64,000 nt of DNA from Eledone cirrhosa (lineage: Eukaryota): the NCBI GenBank assembly GCA_964016885.1, contig OZ024751.1, positions 22,816,001-22,880,000 of the forward strand, in the 5' to 3' direction. The notes under the pieces are model-generated. The model worked only from the letters and a program-made list of their open reading frames with translations. It made no database searches and was not told the DNA's origin. Below, in pieces: positions 26,776-40,319 of this stretch (its first letter is position 1; the number at the start of each line of letters is the position of its first letter). Both the position numbers and the translations under genes were made by a program.

Positions 26776-29700
26776 CACTGTATATACACTATATATACAC
26801 CCAAGAGAAAGGTGCAAGTTGATACAGCATGGCACCAGTGTCATCACAATACACTATATATACACTCTATATACACCCAAGAGAAAGGTGCAAGTTGATA
26901 CAGCATGACACCAGTGTCATCACAATACACTGTATATACACTATATATACACCCAAGAGAAAGATGCAAGTTGATACAGCATGGCACCAGTGTCATCACA
27001 ATACACTGTATATACACTATATATATACACCCAAGAGAAAGCTGCAAGTTGATACAGCATGGCACCAGTGTCATCACAATACACTGTATATACACTATAT
27101 ATATATACACCCAAGAGAAAGGTGCAAGTTGATACAGCATGGCACCAGTGTCATCACAATACACTGTATATATACACTATATATATATACACCCAAGAGA
27201 AAGCTGCAAGTTGATACAGCATGGCACCAGTGTCATCACAATACACTGTATATACACACTCTATATATATACACCCAAGAGAAAGGTGCAAGTTGATACA
27301 GCATGACACCAGTGTCATCACAATACACTGTATATACACACTCTATATATATACACCCAAGAGAAAGGTGCAAGTTGATACAGCATGACACCAGTGTCAT
27401 CACAATACACTGTATATACACTATATATACACCCAAGAGAAAGGTGCAAGTTGATACAGCATGGCACCAGTGTCATCACAATACACTGTATATACACTAT
27501 ATATACACCCAAGAGAAAGGTGCAAGTTGATACAGCATGGCACCAGTGTCATCACAATACACTGTATATACACTATATATACACCCAAGAGAAAGGTGCA
27601 AGTTGATACAGCATGGCACCAGTGTCATCACAATACACTGTATATACACTATATATACACCCAAGAGAAAGCTGCAAGTTGATACAGCATGGCACCAGTG
27701 TCATCACAATACACTGTATATACACTATATATACACCCAAGAGAAAGGTGCAAGTTGATACAGCATGGCACCAGTGTCATCACAATACACTGTATATACA
27801 CTATATATACACCCAAGAGAAAGCTGCAAGTTGATACAGCATGACACCAGTGTCATCACAATACACTATATATACACTCTATATACACCCAAGAGAAAGC
27901 TGCAAGTTGATACAGCATGGCACCAGTGTCATCACAATACACTGTATATATACACTATATATACACCCAAGAGAAAGCTGCAAGTTGATACAGCATGGCA
28001 CCAGTGTCATCACAATACACTGTATATATACACTATATATACACCCAAGAGAAAGCTGCAAGTTGATACAGCATGGCACCAGTGTCATCACAATACACTG
28101 TATATACACTATATATATATACACCCAAGAGAAAGGTGCAAGTTGATACAGCATGGCACCAGTGTCATCACAATACACTATATATACACTATATATACAC
28201 CCAAGAGAAAGCTGCAAGTTGATACAGCATGGCACCAGTGTCATCACAATACACTGTATATATACTCTATATACACCCAAGAGAAAGGTGCAAGTTGATA
28301 CAGCATGGCACCAGTGTCATCACAATACACTGTATATACACTATATATACACCCAAGAGAAAGGTGCAAGTTGATACAGCATGGCACCAGTGTCATCACA
28401 ATACACTATATATACACTCTATATACACCCAAGAGAAAGGTGCAAGTTGATACAGCATGGCACCAGTGTCATCACAATACACTATATATATATACACCCA
28501 AGAGAAAGGTGCAAGTTGATACAGCATGGCACCAGTGTCATCACAATACACTATATATACACTCTATATACACCCAAGAGAAAGGTGCAAGTTGATACAG
28601 CATGGCACCAGTGTCATCACAATACACTGTATATATACACTATATATATACACCCAAGAGAAAGGTGCAAGTTGATACAGCATGGCACCAGTGTCATCAC
28701 AATACACTGTATATATACACTATATATACACCCAAGAGAAAGCTGCAAGTTGATACAGCATGGCACCAGTGTCATCACAATACACTGTATATACACTATA
28801 TATACACCCAAGAGAAAGCTGCAAGTTGATACAGCATGGCACCAGTGTCATCACAATACACTGTATATATACACTATATATACACCCAAGAGAAAGCTGC
28901 AAGTTGATACAGCATGGCACCAGTGTCATCACAATACACTGTATATACACTATATATACACCCAAGAGAAAGCTGCAAGTTGATACAGCATGGCACCAGT
29001 GTCATCACAATACACTATATATACACTATATATATACACCCAAGAGAAAGGTGCAAGTTGATACAGCATGGCACCAGTGTCATCACAATACACTGTATAT
29101 ACACTATATATATATACACCCAAGAGAAAGGTGCAAGTTGATACAGCATGGCACCAGTGTCATCACAATACACTATATATACACTATATATATACACCCA
29201 AGAGAAAGGTGCAAGTTGATACAGCATGGCACCAGTGTCATCACAATACACTGTATATACACTATATATATATACACCCAAGAGAAAGGTGCAAGTTGAT
29301 ACAGCATGACACCAGTGTCATCACAATACACTGTATATACACTATATATATATATACACCCAAGAGAAAGGTGCAAGTTGATACAGCATGGCACCAGTGT
29401 CATCACAATACACTGTATATATACACTATATATACACCCAAGAGAAAGGTGCAAGTTGATACAGCATGGCACCAGTGTCATCACAATACACTGTATATAC
29501 ACTATATATACACCCAAGAGAAAGCTGCAAGTTGATACAGCATGACACCAGTGTCATCACAATACACTGTATATACACTATATATATATACACCCAAGAG
29601 AAAGGTGCAAGTTGATACAGCATGGCACCAGTGTCATCACAATACACTGTATATATACACTCTATATACACCCAAGAGAAAGGTGCAAGTTGATACAGCA

Positions 29701-30752
29701 TGACACCAGTGTCATCACAATACACTGTATATACACTATATATATATACACCCAAGAGAAAGGCGCAAGTTGATACAGCATGGCACCAGTGTCATCACAA
29801 TACACTGTATATACACTATATATACACCCAAGAGAAAGGTGCAAGTTGATACAGCATGGCACCAGTGTCATCACAATACACTGTATATACACTATATATA
29901 CACCCAAGAGAAAGGCGCAAGTTGATACAGCATGGCACCAGTGTCATCACAATACACTGTATATACACTATATATATATACACCCAAGAGAAAGGCGCAA
30001 GTTGATACAGCATGGCACCAGTGTCATCACAATACACTGTATATACACTATATATACACCCAAGAGAAAGGTGCAAGTTGATACAGCATGGCACCAGTGT
30101 CATCACAATACACTGTATATACACTATATATACACCCAAGAGAAAGGCGCAAGTTGATACAGCATGGCACCAGTGTCATCACAATACACTGTATATACAC
30201 TATATATATATACACCCAAGAGAAAGGCGCAAGTTGATACAGCATGGCACCAGTGTCATCACAATACACTGTATATATACACTATATATACACCCAAGAG
30301 AAAGATGCAAGTTGATACAGCATGGCACCAGTGTCATCACAATACACTGTATATACACTATATATATACACCCAAGAGAAAGGTGCAAGTTGATACAGCA
30401 TGACACCAGTGTCATCACAATACACTGTATATATACACTATATATACACCCAAGAGAAAGGTGCAAGTTGATACAGCATGGCACCAGTGTCATCACAATA
30501 CACTGTATATACACTATATATACACCCAAGAGAAAGGCGCAAGTTGATACAGCATGACACCAGTGTCATCACAATACACTGTATATATACACTATATATA
30601 CACCCAAGAGAAAGGTGCAAGTTGATACAGCATGGCACCAGTGTCATCACAATACACTGTATATACACTCTATATACACCCAAGAGAAAGGTGCAAGTTG
30701 ATACAGCATGGCACCAGTGTCATCACAATACACTGTATATATACACTCTATA
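26776..30752. repeat. Satellite of about 50 units of 76-82 bp
   Basis: Constant cccaagagaaaggtgcaagttgatacagcatggcaccagtgtcatcacaatacac plus a variable-length TA linker. Confidence 0.98.
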
Positions 30753-31052
30753 TGCACTGCATGTGTGTATGTATACTCAGAGAGAAGAGAGCAGTGTGGT
30801 AAGATGCTGGCTCGTTCCTCTATGAGTCAAAAACATAAACACAATTTTTCATCTTTTTTCTGTGCTTGTTTCCTTAAGGTCTACCACCATTCCGTTGCTA
30901 TGCATCTATTACGCAATTTATACCTGAAGATGTCACCGGGTTCTTTACGCAACCTGGTCACTGAGATCTGCATAGTGTTTGCAGAAATAAAATTAAAAAA
31001 TTAAGGAAATTCAACATATTTCAACATATTTGGCCTCCTGTCATTTCACTTC

Positions 31053-31112
<60 letters not shown>

Positions 31113-31126
31113 TTTTAATATAGATG

Positions 31127-31177
31127 AGATTCTACAGGACTAGAACTGTTTCATTCTTTAGAAATCATCAGGAATCT
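31127..31177 (-). ncRNA. Type I hammerhead ribozyme (mirror copy)
   Basis: Reverse complement of 31183-31233. Confidence 0.85.
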
Positions 31178-31182
31178 GAGCC

Positions 31183-31233
31183 AGATTCCTGATGATTTCT
31201 AAAGAATGAAACAGTTCTAGTCCTGTAGAATCT
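31183..31233 (+). ncRNA. Type I hammerhead ribozyme
   Basis: AGAUUC-CUGAUGA-UUUCUAAAGAAU-GAA-ACAG-UUCUAGUC-CUGU-A-GAAUCU; stems I (6 bp) and III (4 bp) are Watson-Crick. Confidence 0.85.
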
Positions 31234-31320
31234 CATCTATATTAAAACTTTTATACTCTGCTATGTATTGAGTACCTTACTTACTGTGGTTACCTCCGAT
31301 TCAACCCGGAATAACTTACC

Positions 31321-31372
<52 letters not shown>

Positions 31373-31379
31373 GTATATA

Positions 31380-31842
31380 TAGTAACGAAACTTTAATTGA
31401 CCTCAGTATGTAAACGATAATTATTTGAAACTCATAGGCAGTATCTTTCGTTAGGTAATTGATAATGAAAGATTTAAATGACCTCGGTATGTTAAACGAT
31501 ACTTATTTTCAACATCAGAGGCAATATCTTTCATTGTGTATATTATAACGACATTTTTAGACGATCTTGGTATGTTAATACTTATTTGAAAATCATAGGC
31601 ACTATCTTTCGTTAGGTATATGATAACGAAAGGGTTAAACGACCTTTATATGTTAGTAATACTTATTTGAAAACATATACAGTATCTTTCATTAGATATA
31701 TGATAACAGAAGGGATAAACAATCTTGGCATGTTAATGCTTATTTGAAAACCATAATTTTGAAACTCGTAGGCATTATATATTTCGTTAGATATATGATA
31801 ACGAAAGGTTTAAACGACCACGATATGTTAGTGATACTTATT
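31380..31842. repeat. Old degenerate tandem repeat of about 80 bp
   Basis: Recurring tatctttcgttag..gataacgaaag..aaacgacct..tatgtta..tacttatttgaaa. Confidence 0.7.
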
Positions 31843-33201
31843 CCATTTACACGAATCAATGATCAACTAAGTGAAGCTTGGTAAGGTTTAAGCTCAGAAT
31901 TTCAGAAAGACAAAACTAATTACTGCAAAGCATTTAATCCACCATTCTAGTATTTCTGCCAGATAGCTGACTGACTGGCCGGCTGGCTGTCACACGTCAC
32001 ACATACATATCATAAATAAAACTTTATCTCCATTAAATTGAGCTAAAGACAGCATCCCGTCCCTCCATCTTTGCTTAATCAGCCAATCAACCAATCAAGC
32101 ATGTCAATGAAACGGTAATTAACGCTGCCTTCCTGTCATTAGAGAGTTGAAGAAGAAGAAAAAAAATTTCGGAATACTTTTAGAAGCAGAGGAGTTAATA
32201 TAATTTGGCCACCACTTCTAAATAGATAGCGGAGTTGACCCTAAAACAGGCCATGAACTCTCCCTATCTTTGACCTTAGTATTGTAGAAATGTCTTGATG
32301 AAGAAGAAATAAAAAACCGGAATACTTTTAAATGCAGAAGGATTAATATAATTTGGCCAACAGTTCTAGATAGATAAATGGAGGGGTTGATCCTAATGCA
32401 GGCCATGAACTCTCCCTAACTTTGACCTTACAGTTGCAGAAATGTCTTGATGAAACTTCCTGTCATTAAGGCATGACCCCGCCAAAGAAAGGAAAGGAAA
32501 TAAAACAGAAAATGTGGCGTAAACTTTGTAAATATCTGAATTTATAAAAAGGTTGATGTGATGAATGTATAGCAGTAGTGTTTGTTTCCTGTTGTTCTGA
32601 AGATGTGTGTATGTGTGTGTGTACGGTGTGTACGTGTGTGTGTGTATGTTTGTGTGTGTATTTGTGTGTACGAGAGGAAGAGAGAGTGAGCGAGAAGGAG
32701 AGATGAAACGGACAAAGAGCAAGTAAGAGAAAGTAAGACGGAGAAAAGCGGAAAAAGACAGAGTGACAGAAACAAAGAGCGAGATAGTAAGACGGGGGAA
32801 GGCGGAGAAAGACGGGAATAGTCTCGGAGAAACTCGGAAAGTAAGATAATGAGATCAGGATAAAGTAGGGGATACGGTAGTTAGGAAATATGCTGTGCCT
32901 TCATGATTCACTTTGCTGTCGTTTGATAATTGGTGTTTGTCGTTGTTTAAATATTCTTTGCTCTTCGGAGTCATACGCGTCTGGAAAGTGACTCGACCCG
33001 AGACTGCGTGTTGAAACTAAAGAAATTACAATATGGTGGGTCATTTTAGCCATTTTAATTTTGACACCAAAAAGTAAATGATTAATGTAAAGCGGATTTA
33101 ACAGTTTTTTATGTGTCTATGAATGGTTAAACTGAATCTTTCTTTATACTATATATATATATATTCTCGACTGTTTTTAAGTCCAGCAGTCGCAAGTGTG
33201 G

Positions 33202-33258
33202 GAGGGATCTTCCTGATGACGACCAGTTAAGTCCGAAATGCATCGACGATTGTCCCTC
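33202..33258 (+). ncRNA. Probable minimal type I hammerhead ribozyme
   Basis: AUCUUC-CUGAUGA-C-GAC-CAGUUAA-GUC-C-GAAAU-GC-AUC-GACGAU; stem I has 1 mismatch, with possible distal GAGGGA/UCCCUC pairing. Confidence 0.65.
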
Positions 33259-33391
33259 TTGCTTCTGTTGGACACCGCCAGAGGGCGTTAGCCCCGGTGT
33301 TATTTTTTTTTTTTTTTTGGCATAGCTACTGCTTTCTAAATGTTTACCTGTAAACATACTGTGTTTCTTCAGAATACGAAATCTCTCTCCT

Positions 33392-33433
<42 letters not shown>

Positions 33434-33480
33434 GTTAAAATATTGGAGCGTGCTGGAGTTAAACACCCTCTTCGTATTAT

Positions 33481-33522
<42 letters not shown>

Positions 33523-33615
33523 TGTGTGGTAATACTGGTAGGTTATATCTGCAATAGTAGAGGACTCAATCCATGGGACGAATTTGGTAGAAGTAGTTCC
33601 TCAACAGTTTAAAAA

Positions 33616-33657
33616 CTGAGCTGAGGATCTGTTTGAGGTGAAACAAATTGTTCTCGG
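33616..33657 (+). ncRNA. Probable minimal type I hammerhead ribozyme in a family F element (33520-33690)
   Basis: CUGAG-CUGAGGA-UCUGUUUGAGGU-GAAACAAAUUGU-U-CUCGG; stem I CUGAG/CUCGG. Confidence 0.6.
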
Positions 33658-34104
33658 AAATGGTGAAATAACTGTTGTGGAACTACTTATATATACATAA
33701 CTACTTATATATATATATCCGCCAGTTGCAAAAGTCGAACCCATGACCTTATGATTGAGAGGCCATCACTTTAACCACAAGGCTTAGTGGCTTCGCTTTA
33801 TTTACCGTTAGGAGGAGCCTTAAATGTTTTCGTTACAAATATTTGGTAAGACATCCCCAGGTGATAGAATATGAATCGCTGATGAGCACCACCCCCTGAT
33901 CATCATCACCCCACCCCTGACTGTCACCACCCCTCTCTCCAATCGTTCCCAACCCCACCCTTGGCCGTCTTCGTTAAAACCACGATGATCATAAAATTGG
34001 GTAATGGTTGTAGGACTGTTTGATGGAGGTTTGCAATTTCTACCATCATAACCACATTCTGAGTCTCAAAATATTTGGTGATATATATATATTTATTTAT
34101 ATGT

Positions 34105-34210
<106 letters not shown>

Positions 34211-35005
34211 TGTGGTGTGGTGTGGTGTGGTGTGTGGTGTGTGCGTGTGTGTCTGTGTAACAGTATTTTTACACGTGCCGACTGTCATTCTTCTCTTTAC
34301 ATAACACACACACACACACACATTACATACACACGTTACATACACACATACACACATTACACACACACATTACATACACACATACACACATTACATACAT
34401 ACAGAGAAAAACGCAGTCGGGCACCACATGGTAGTTGGCACGTGTGTATATGTTTATTTATTTACTTTTCCCATCCCCTCGAGTAAACCAACTCTGTTAA
34501 TGTTGTTGTAAGGAAAGTGAGAACATCTGAAAGTAAAAGCAACATTTACTGTGGTTCACTTAGATACAGTAGGGTGACTGTGACAGATAATATCGTTGGA
34601 TCACTTTACCGCTTCTAAATACTTAGCCTCACATCTATTGGGAAGCACGCGTACATTATATATTCATACACACGTGTATGTATGTATGTATGTGTGTGTG
34701 TTTATATATATATATATATATATCCAAGGATTGTAACTTGCAGTTACTGTAGGTTCACCCAGGTGAGAACTCGATGTTTAGGTTCACTTCAGTGTCGAGG
34801 TGTAGAGCTAGATAGAGTGTATTATAGTGAAATGATAACAAGGACGATTGGTTACTCCGCCATTACATTTATTGGGTGGTGACGCGCGTTTCGCCACTGA
34901 TCAGCTCAAGGTTCGATCTGTATCGATCTTACCCGACTCTGTAATCCGCAGCTCGTCGGACCCCTTGTAATGTTAGTAGAAAAAAAAATTATATATATAT
35001 AGTGG

Positions 35006-35036
<31 letters not shown>

Positions 35037-35102
35037 TATAATATATATATAGTGGTGTATATATATATATATATATAATATATATATAATATATATATAG
35101 TG

Positions 35103-35169
<67 letters not shown>

Positions 35170-35213
35170 ATATATATATATATATATAATATATATATAA
35201 TATATATATGGTG

Positions 35214-35253
<40 letters not shown>

Positions 35254-35272
35254 TATAATATATATATAGTAG

Positions 35273-35303
<31 letters not shown>

Positions 35304-35566
35304 GTATATGTATATATATAGTGATAGATCACTTGCAGGTTATATCCGTAGTAATATAGCACTCAGTCCAAGGGACGATTTCAGTAGAATTTTGTTTCAC
35401 AACAGTTAATAAACCAATGGTCTATTAAATGTGTGGAACTAACATTCTATATATATTGCTCTACCGTTCTTATATAGTTGATAGATATTTATCCTTATCG
35501 AGCCCTCTATGGATTTTAGTCTTCAAATTTAATTATTATTATTACTATATATATATATATATATAT

Positions 35567-35881
35567 AAAGACAAACATAGAATATTCGAAAATATTCTGT
35601 ATGTTTATAATAAACATTTTGAAGACCCAATCGCTATAGAATAGAATACGTCACGTATTACAATTTGAGATTCTCGATAAAAGTAAGGGAAGTAATCTAC
35701 GCGTTTCATTCTTGTTAGAAATCTTCAGGATTACATATCCAATACTTTTATTGTAATACGTGACGTATTCTATTCTATAGCGATTGGGTCTTCAAAATGT
35801 TTATTATAAACATACAGAATATTTTCGAATATTCTATGTTTGTCTTCACATATATACCGCTATTTCAGAGCATTAAATCCA
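35567..35881. mobile_element. Diverged fold-back relative of the 310-bp unit
   Basis: About 35568-35663 is inverted against 35751-35845; sequence homologous to 13576-14110. Confidence 0.85.
35692..35734 (-). ncRNA. Minimal type I hammerhead ribozyme
   Basis: Minus strand GUAAUC-CUGAAGA-UUUCU-AACA-AGAAU-GAAAC-GC-GUA-GAUUAC. Confidence 0.85.
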
Positions 35882-35907
35882 AATATATATATATATATAT
35901 ATATATA

Positions 35908-35945
<38 letters not shown>

Positions 35946-36329
35946 CAAATGGTTTATCGCTCTACATGGCTGAATAAAATAAATGTAATGAGGTTTTCGA
36001 ATATTAATAATAATATTGGATTCGTTTGTAATTATGCAAACAGCCTCTTTAAAGCCATGTCAAATAAAGTTTTATCAAAGAAAACTGTAGTGATAAATCA
36101 GGAAACTCCAAATTTGGCAATTCCATAATTCCTTCCACCACACTCCTTTCCAAAGCCTTATAATATTATTCGGCTTACCAAATTCCTTCTCAAGCAATGT
36201 AATCGTTCGCAAAACACTTAACTTTTCCAATGGCTTATAAAAACCATCATCATTACCCCATAGTGTGTGAAATGAGGAATTGCTCTTGTTCACCTATTTC
36301 GGATTACAGCAGGTAAATAATCTTCTTGG

Positions 36330-36366
<37 letters not shown>

Positions 36367-36369
<3 letters not shown>

Positions 36370-36531
36370 AAAGGGTGTGGTAAAATACCACATGGATCAT
36401 AACCCACCTGAGTACTCGATACTTGGGGTAATAGAGTGGGTAATGTGAAGAGATTCAGGACTCCGACGGCTGAGCTCCTGCCGTTTCGACAGCTAGCTCC
36501 GACAGCTCAGCCGTCGGGGTCCTGAATCTCT
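36367..36531 (-). mobile_element. Diverged family A element
   Basis: gagtactcgatacttggggtaatagagtgggtaat..gactccgacggctgagct.. with fold-back. Confidence 0.7.
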
Positions 36532-36532
36532 T

Positions 36533-36648
<116 letters not shown>

Positions 36649-36687
36649 TATCATCTTGATCTTTATATCTCGATATATCTTTCACCC

Positions 36688-36736
<49 letters not shown>

Positions 36737-36765
36737 TTATTTATTTATTTATTTATTAAAAAAAC

Positions 36766-36982
36766 ATTTAATTTATTCGGTCCTCAATGTTACCATTGAC
36801 TGACCAACGGTCAAAAATACAGATACAATATAGACACAAACACATATGTATCTGTATTTTTTACCGTTGGTCAGTCAATGGTAACATTGAGGACCGAATA
36901 AATTAAATTAACCGATATAAAAGACACAGAAGCGAAAACCAACCAAACAGTGAGTGTGTTCTGTTATTAATTCTGGCAATAT
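36766..36982. mobile_element. Family G fold-back element
   Basis: Palindrome at about 36766-36909; homologous to 54726-55146. Confidence 0.75.
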
Positions 36983-37199
36983 TAAAAAACAGATTAAAGT
37001 TTAAGCAAAGAATCGCTGCTTTCACCATCAACGGGATCTTCTGAAACTAAAAAAAAAAACTAAAAAAACCGTTAAGGATGAAATCAGCGAATCTTTGCTT
37101 AAACTTTAATCTGTTATTTTAATAAATATTTGCTCTACGGTTTTATATATATATTATCCTTATCGAGCCCTCTTCGGATTTTAGTCTTCACATTTATTA

Positions 37200-37203
<4 letters not shown>
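36983..37203 (+). mobile_element. Family D fold-back element with U4A-variant HHR fold on the minus arm (36998-37048)
   Basis: Minus strand AGUUU-CAGAAGA-UCCC-GUUGA-UGGU-GAA-AGCA-..-UGCU-U-AAACU. Confidence 0.7.
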
Positions 37204-37293
<90 letters not shown>

Positions 37294-37297
<4 letters not shown>

Positions 37298-37432
37298 TTG
37301 TTTCTACTTTAGGCACAAGGCCAGCAATTAACCAGTACATTACTGGTACTTTATTTTATCGACCCCGTAAGGATGAAAGGCAAAGTTAACCTCGGCGGGA
37401 TTTGAACTCAGACCATAAAGGGACGTAACTAT
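37294..37432 (-). mobile_element. SINE type 1, 5' truncated
   Basis: Antisense tail, body and B-box. Confidence 0.85.
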
Positions 37433-37700
37433 GCTGGAAGCACATATTCATACTACATGTATGTATGTGTATGTTTGTGTACATGTTTGGAAATGGTATG
37501 ACACGTGTATGTTAGTGTATGTTAATATGTGTATCAGGTATATGTACAGTATTATGGTAGATAAGTATGTATTTAAGAAGCTATCAAGTTATGGCAGTAA
37601 GCTAAATGCCGTGTTTTACGAGGGAACATTTGCAACTAACCTACGTGTCTACAGAACACCAATAATAATAATTATTATTTATTATTATTATTATTATTAG

Positions 37701-37892
37701 GGCGGTGGTTTGGCAGTATCGGGAGACCGTCAGACACCATGCTTTGCAGCATAGGAGTTATGGCCCTTACGTTCTGAGTGCAAATCCCCCCAGGTTAACT
37801 TTGCCTTTAATCCTTATGAGGTCGATAAAATAAAGTGCCAGTAATACACTGGGGTAATAGCTGGCCTTGTGCCAAAAGTAGAAACAATTATT
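37701..37892 (+). mobile_element. SINE type 1
   Basis: Full-length copy. Confidence 0.85.
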
Positions 37893-37905
37893 AACAATAT
37901 ATAAT

Positions 37906-38094
37906 ATAATTGTTTCTACTTTTGGCACAAGGCCAGCAATTACCCAGTGTATTACTGGTACTTTATTTTATCGACCCCCGTTAGGATGAAAGGCAAAGTT
38001 AACCTCGGCGGGATTTGAACTCAGAATGGAAAGGGCCGTAACTATGCGTCAAAGCATGGCGTCCGACCCTTACCGATACTACCAATCCACGCCC
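37906..38094 (-). mobile_element. SINE type 1
   Basis: Full-length antisense copy, tail-to-tail with the previous one. Confidence 0.85.
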
Positions 38095-38166
38095 TTATTC
38101 AATATATAATATATTGAAATAAAATGTCAAAACAGACAAATGGAATACTGAGAAAAGGAGAAAGAA

Positions 38167-39152
38167 TCACCATCACTACAACTACCACCACCGCCACCAC
38201 CACCACTACTATCACCATCACTACAACTACCACCACCGCCACCACCACCACCACTACTATCACCATCACTACAACTACCACCACCATCAGCACAATCTCT
38301 ATAACCATCACTACAACTACCACCACCGCCACCACCACCACTACTATCACGATCACTACCACCACAACCACTATCACCATTACTACAACCACCACCACCA
38401 TCATAACATCCATAACCATCACTACCACCACCACCACCATCACTACAATCACCACCACTATAACCATCACTGCAACCAATATCACTAAAACAATCACCAC
38501 CACCAACAGCATAACTACCACCACAATCAGAACCACCACCACCACCACCATAACCTCCACAGCTACCACCAGAACCAGCACCACCACCATACCACCACCA
38601 CCATACCACCACCATAACCTCCACAGCTACCACCAAAACCAGCACCACCACCATACCACCACCACCATAACCTCCACAGCTACCACCAAAACCAGCACCA
38701 CCACCATACCACCACCATAACCTCCACAGCTACCACCACCACCATACCACCACCATAACCTCCACAGCTACCACCAGAACCAGCACCACGACCATAACCT
38801 CAACAGCTACCACCACACCACACCACCACCATAACCTCCACAGCTACCACCAAAACCAGAACCACCACCATACCACCACCACTCCATGGAACACCTTTTT
38901 ACGGTTGGGTGTGGTGCAAACTCCACCCGCCGCTCCGCCGAAAGATTTTTGTAAGAAATTTGATAACTGCCAACTTGCCGGAAATTCATGCTTCATATTG
39001 CAAGCAGCATCCCAGATCATCACCGTCGTTGTCATCACCATTGTCATCACCATCATCATCATCACCATTATCGTCATCGTTATCATCATCACCGTCGTTA
39101 TCATCACCATTATCATTGTCATCGTCTTCATCACCTCATCACGGTCGTCATC
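38167..39152. repeat. (CAC/CAT)n trinucleotide low-complexity tracts
   Basis: Degenerate ACC/ATC repeats with a short unique insert at about 38885-39015. Confidence 0.9.
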
Positions 39153-39219
39153 AATAACTCAGTGTTAATTCCGAGGAAGAAACTGTGTCAACGTTATCCT
39201 TTTTCACTACTAAACTCTC

Positions 39220-40319
39220 AAGACATATACCTTATTTATTCTCTATATCAATCATTGGTAAGACATATACCTTAGTTTATTCTCTATATCAATCATTGGT
39301 AAGACATATACCTTAGTTTATTCTCTATATCAATCATTGGTAAGACATATACCTTATTTATTCTCTATATCAATCATTGGTAAGACATATACCTTAGTTT
39401 ATTCTCTATATCAATCATTGGTAAGACATATACCTTAGTTTATTCTCTATATCAATCATTGGTAAGACATATACCTTAGTTTATTCTCTATATCAATCAT
39501 TGGTAAGACATATACCTTAGTTTATTCTCTATATCAATCATTGGTAAGACATATACCTTAGTTTATTCTCTATATCAATCATTGGTAAGACATATACCTT
39601 ATTTATTCTCTATATCAATCATTGGTAAGACATATACCTTAGTTTATTCTCTATATCAATCATTGGTAAGACATATACCTTAGTTTATTCTCTATATCAA
39701 TCATTGGTAAGACATATACCTTAGTTTATTCTCTATATCAATCATTGGTAAGACATATACCTTAGTTTATTCTCTATATCAATCATTGGTAAGACATATA
39801 CCTTAGTTTATTCTCTATATCAATCATTGGTAAGACATATACCTTAGTTTATTCTCTATATCAATCATTGGTAAGACATATACCTTAGTTTATTCTCTAT
39901 ATCAATCATTGGTAAGACATATACCTTATTTATTCTCTATATCAATCATTGGTAAGACATATAACTTAGTTTATTCTCTATATCAATCATTGGTAAGACA
40001 TATAACTTAGTTTATTCTCTATATCAATCATTGGTAAGACATATAACTTAGTTTATTCTCTATATCAATCATTGGTAAGACATATACCTTAGTTTATTCT
40101 CTATATCAATCATTGGTAAGACATATACCTTATTTATTCTCTATATCAATCATTGGTAAGACATATAACTTAGTTTATTCTCTATATCAATCATTGGTAA
40201 GACATATAACTTAGTTTATTCTCTATATCAATCATTGGTAAGACATATAACTTAGTTTATTCTCTATATCAATCATTGGTAAGACATATAACTTAGTTTA
40301 TTCTCTATATCAATCATTC
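39220..40319. repeat. 41-bp (occasionally 40-bp) minisatellite, about 27 units
   Basis: agacatataccttagtttattctctatatcaatcattggta. Confidence 0.98.

Larger units (their letters stand above)
31112..31320 (+). mobile_element. Family B fold-back element with two opposed hammerheads
   Basis: 31112-31178 is inverted against 31182-31248; tail to 31320; TA flanks; truncated copy at 54577-54702. Confidence 0.85.

Noticed and set aside
26776-30752. CRISPR-like repeat/spacer look of the 76-82-bp array
   Set aside because: The spacers are only TA-length variants of one sequence; no cas genes; eukaryotic context.
38124-38720. Thr-rich mucin-like ORF (also 53706-54428)
   Set aside because: ACC trinucleotide repeats open in several frames and on both strands; no signal peptide or exon evidence.
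38885-39015. Unique island between trinucleotide tracts as a possible exon
   Set aside because: No convincing splice sites or recognisable peptide.
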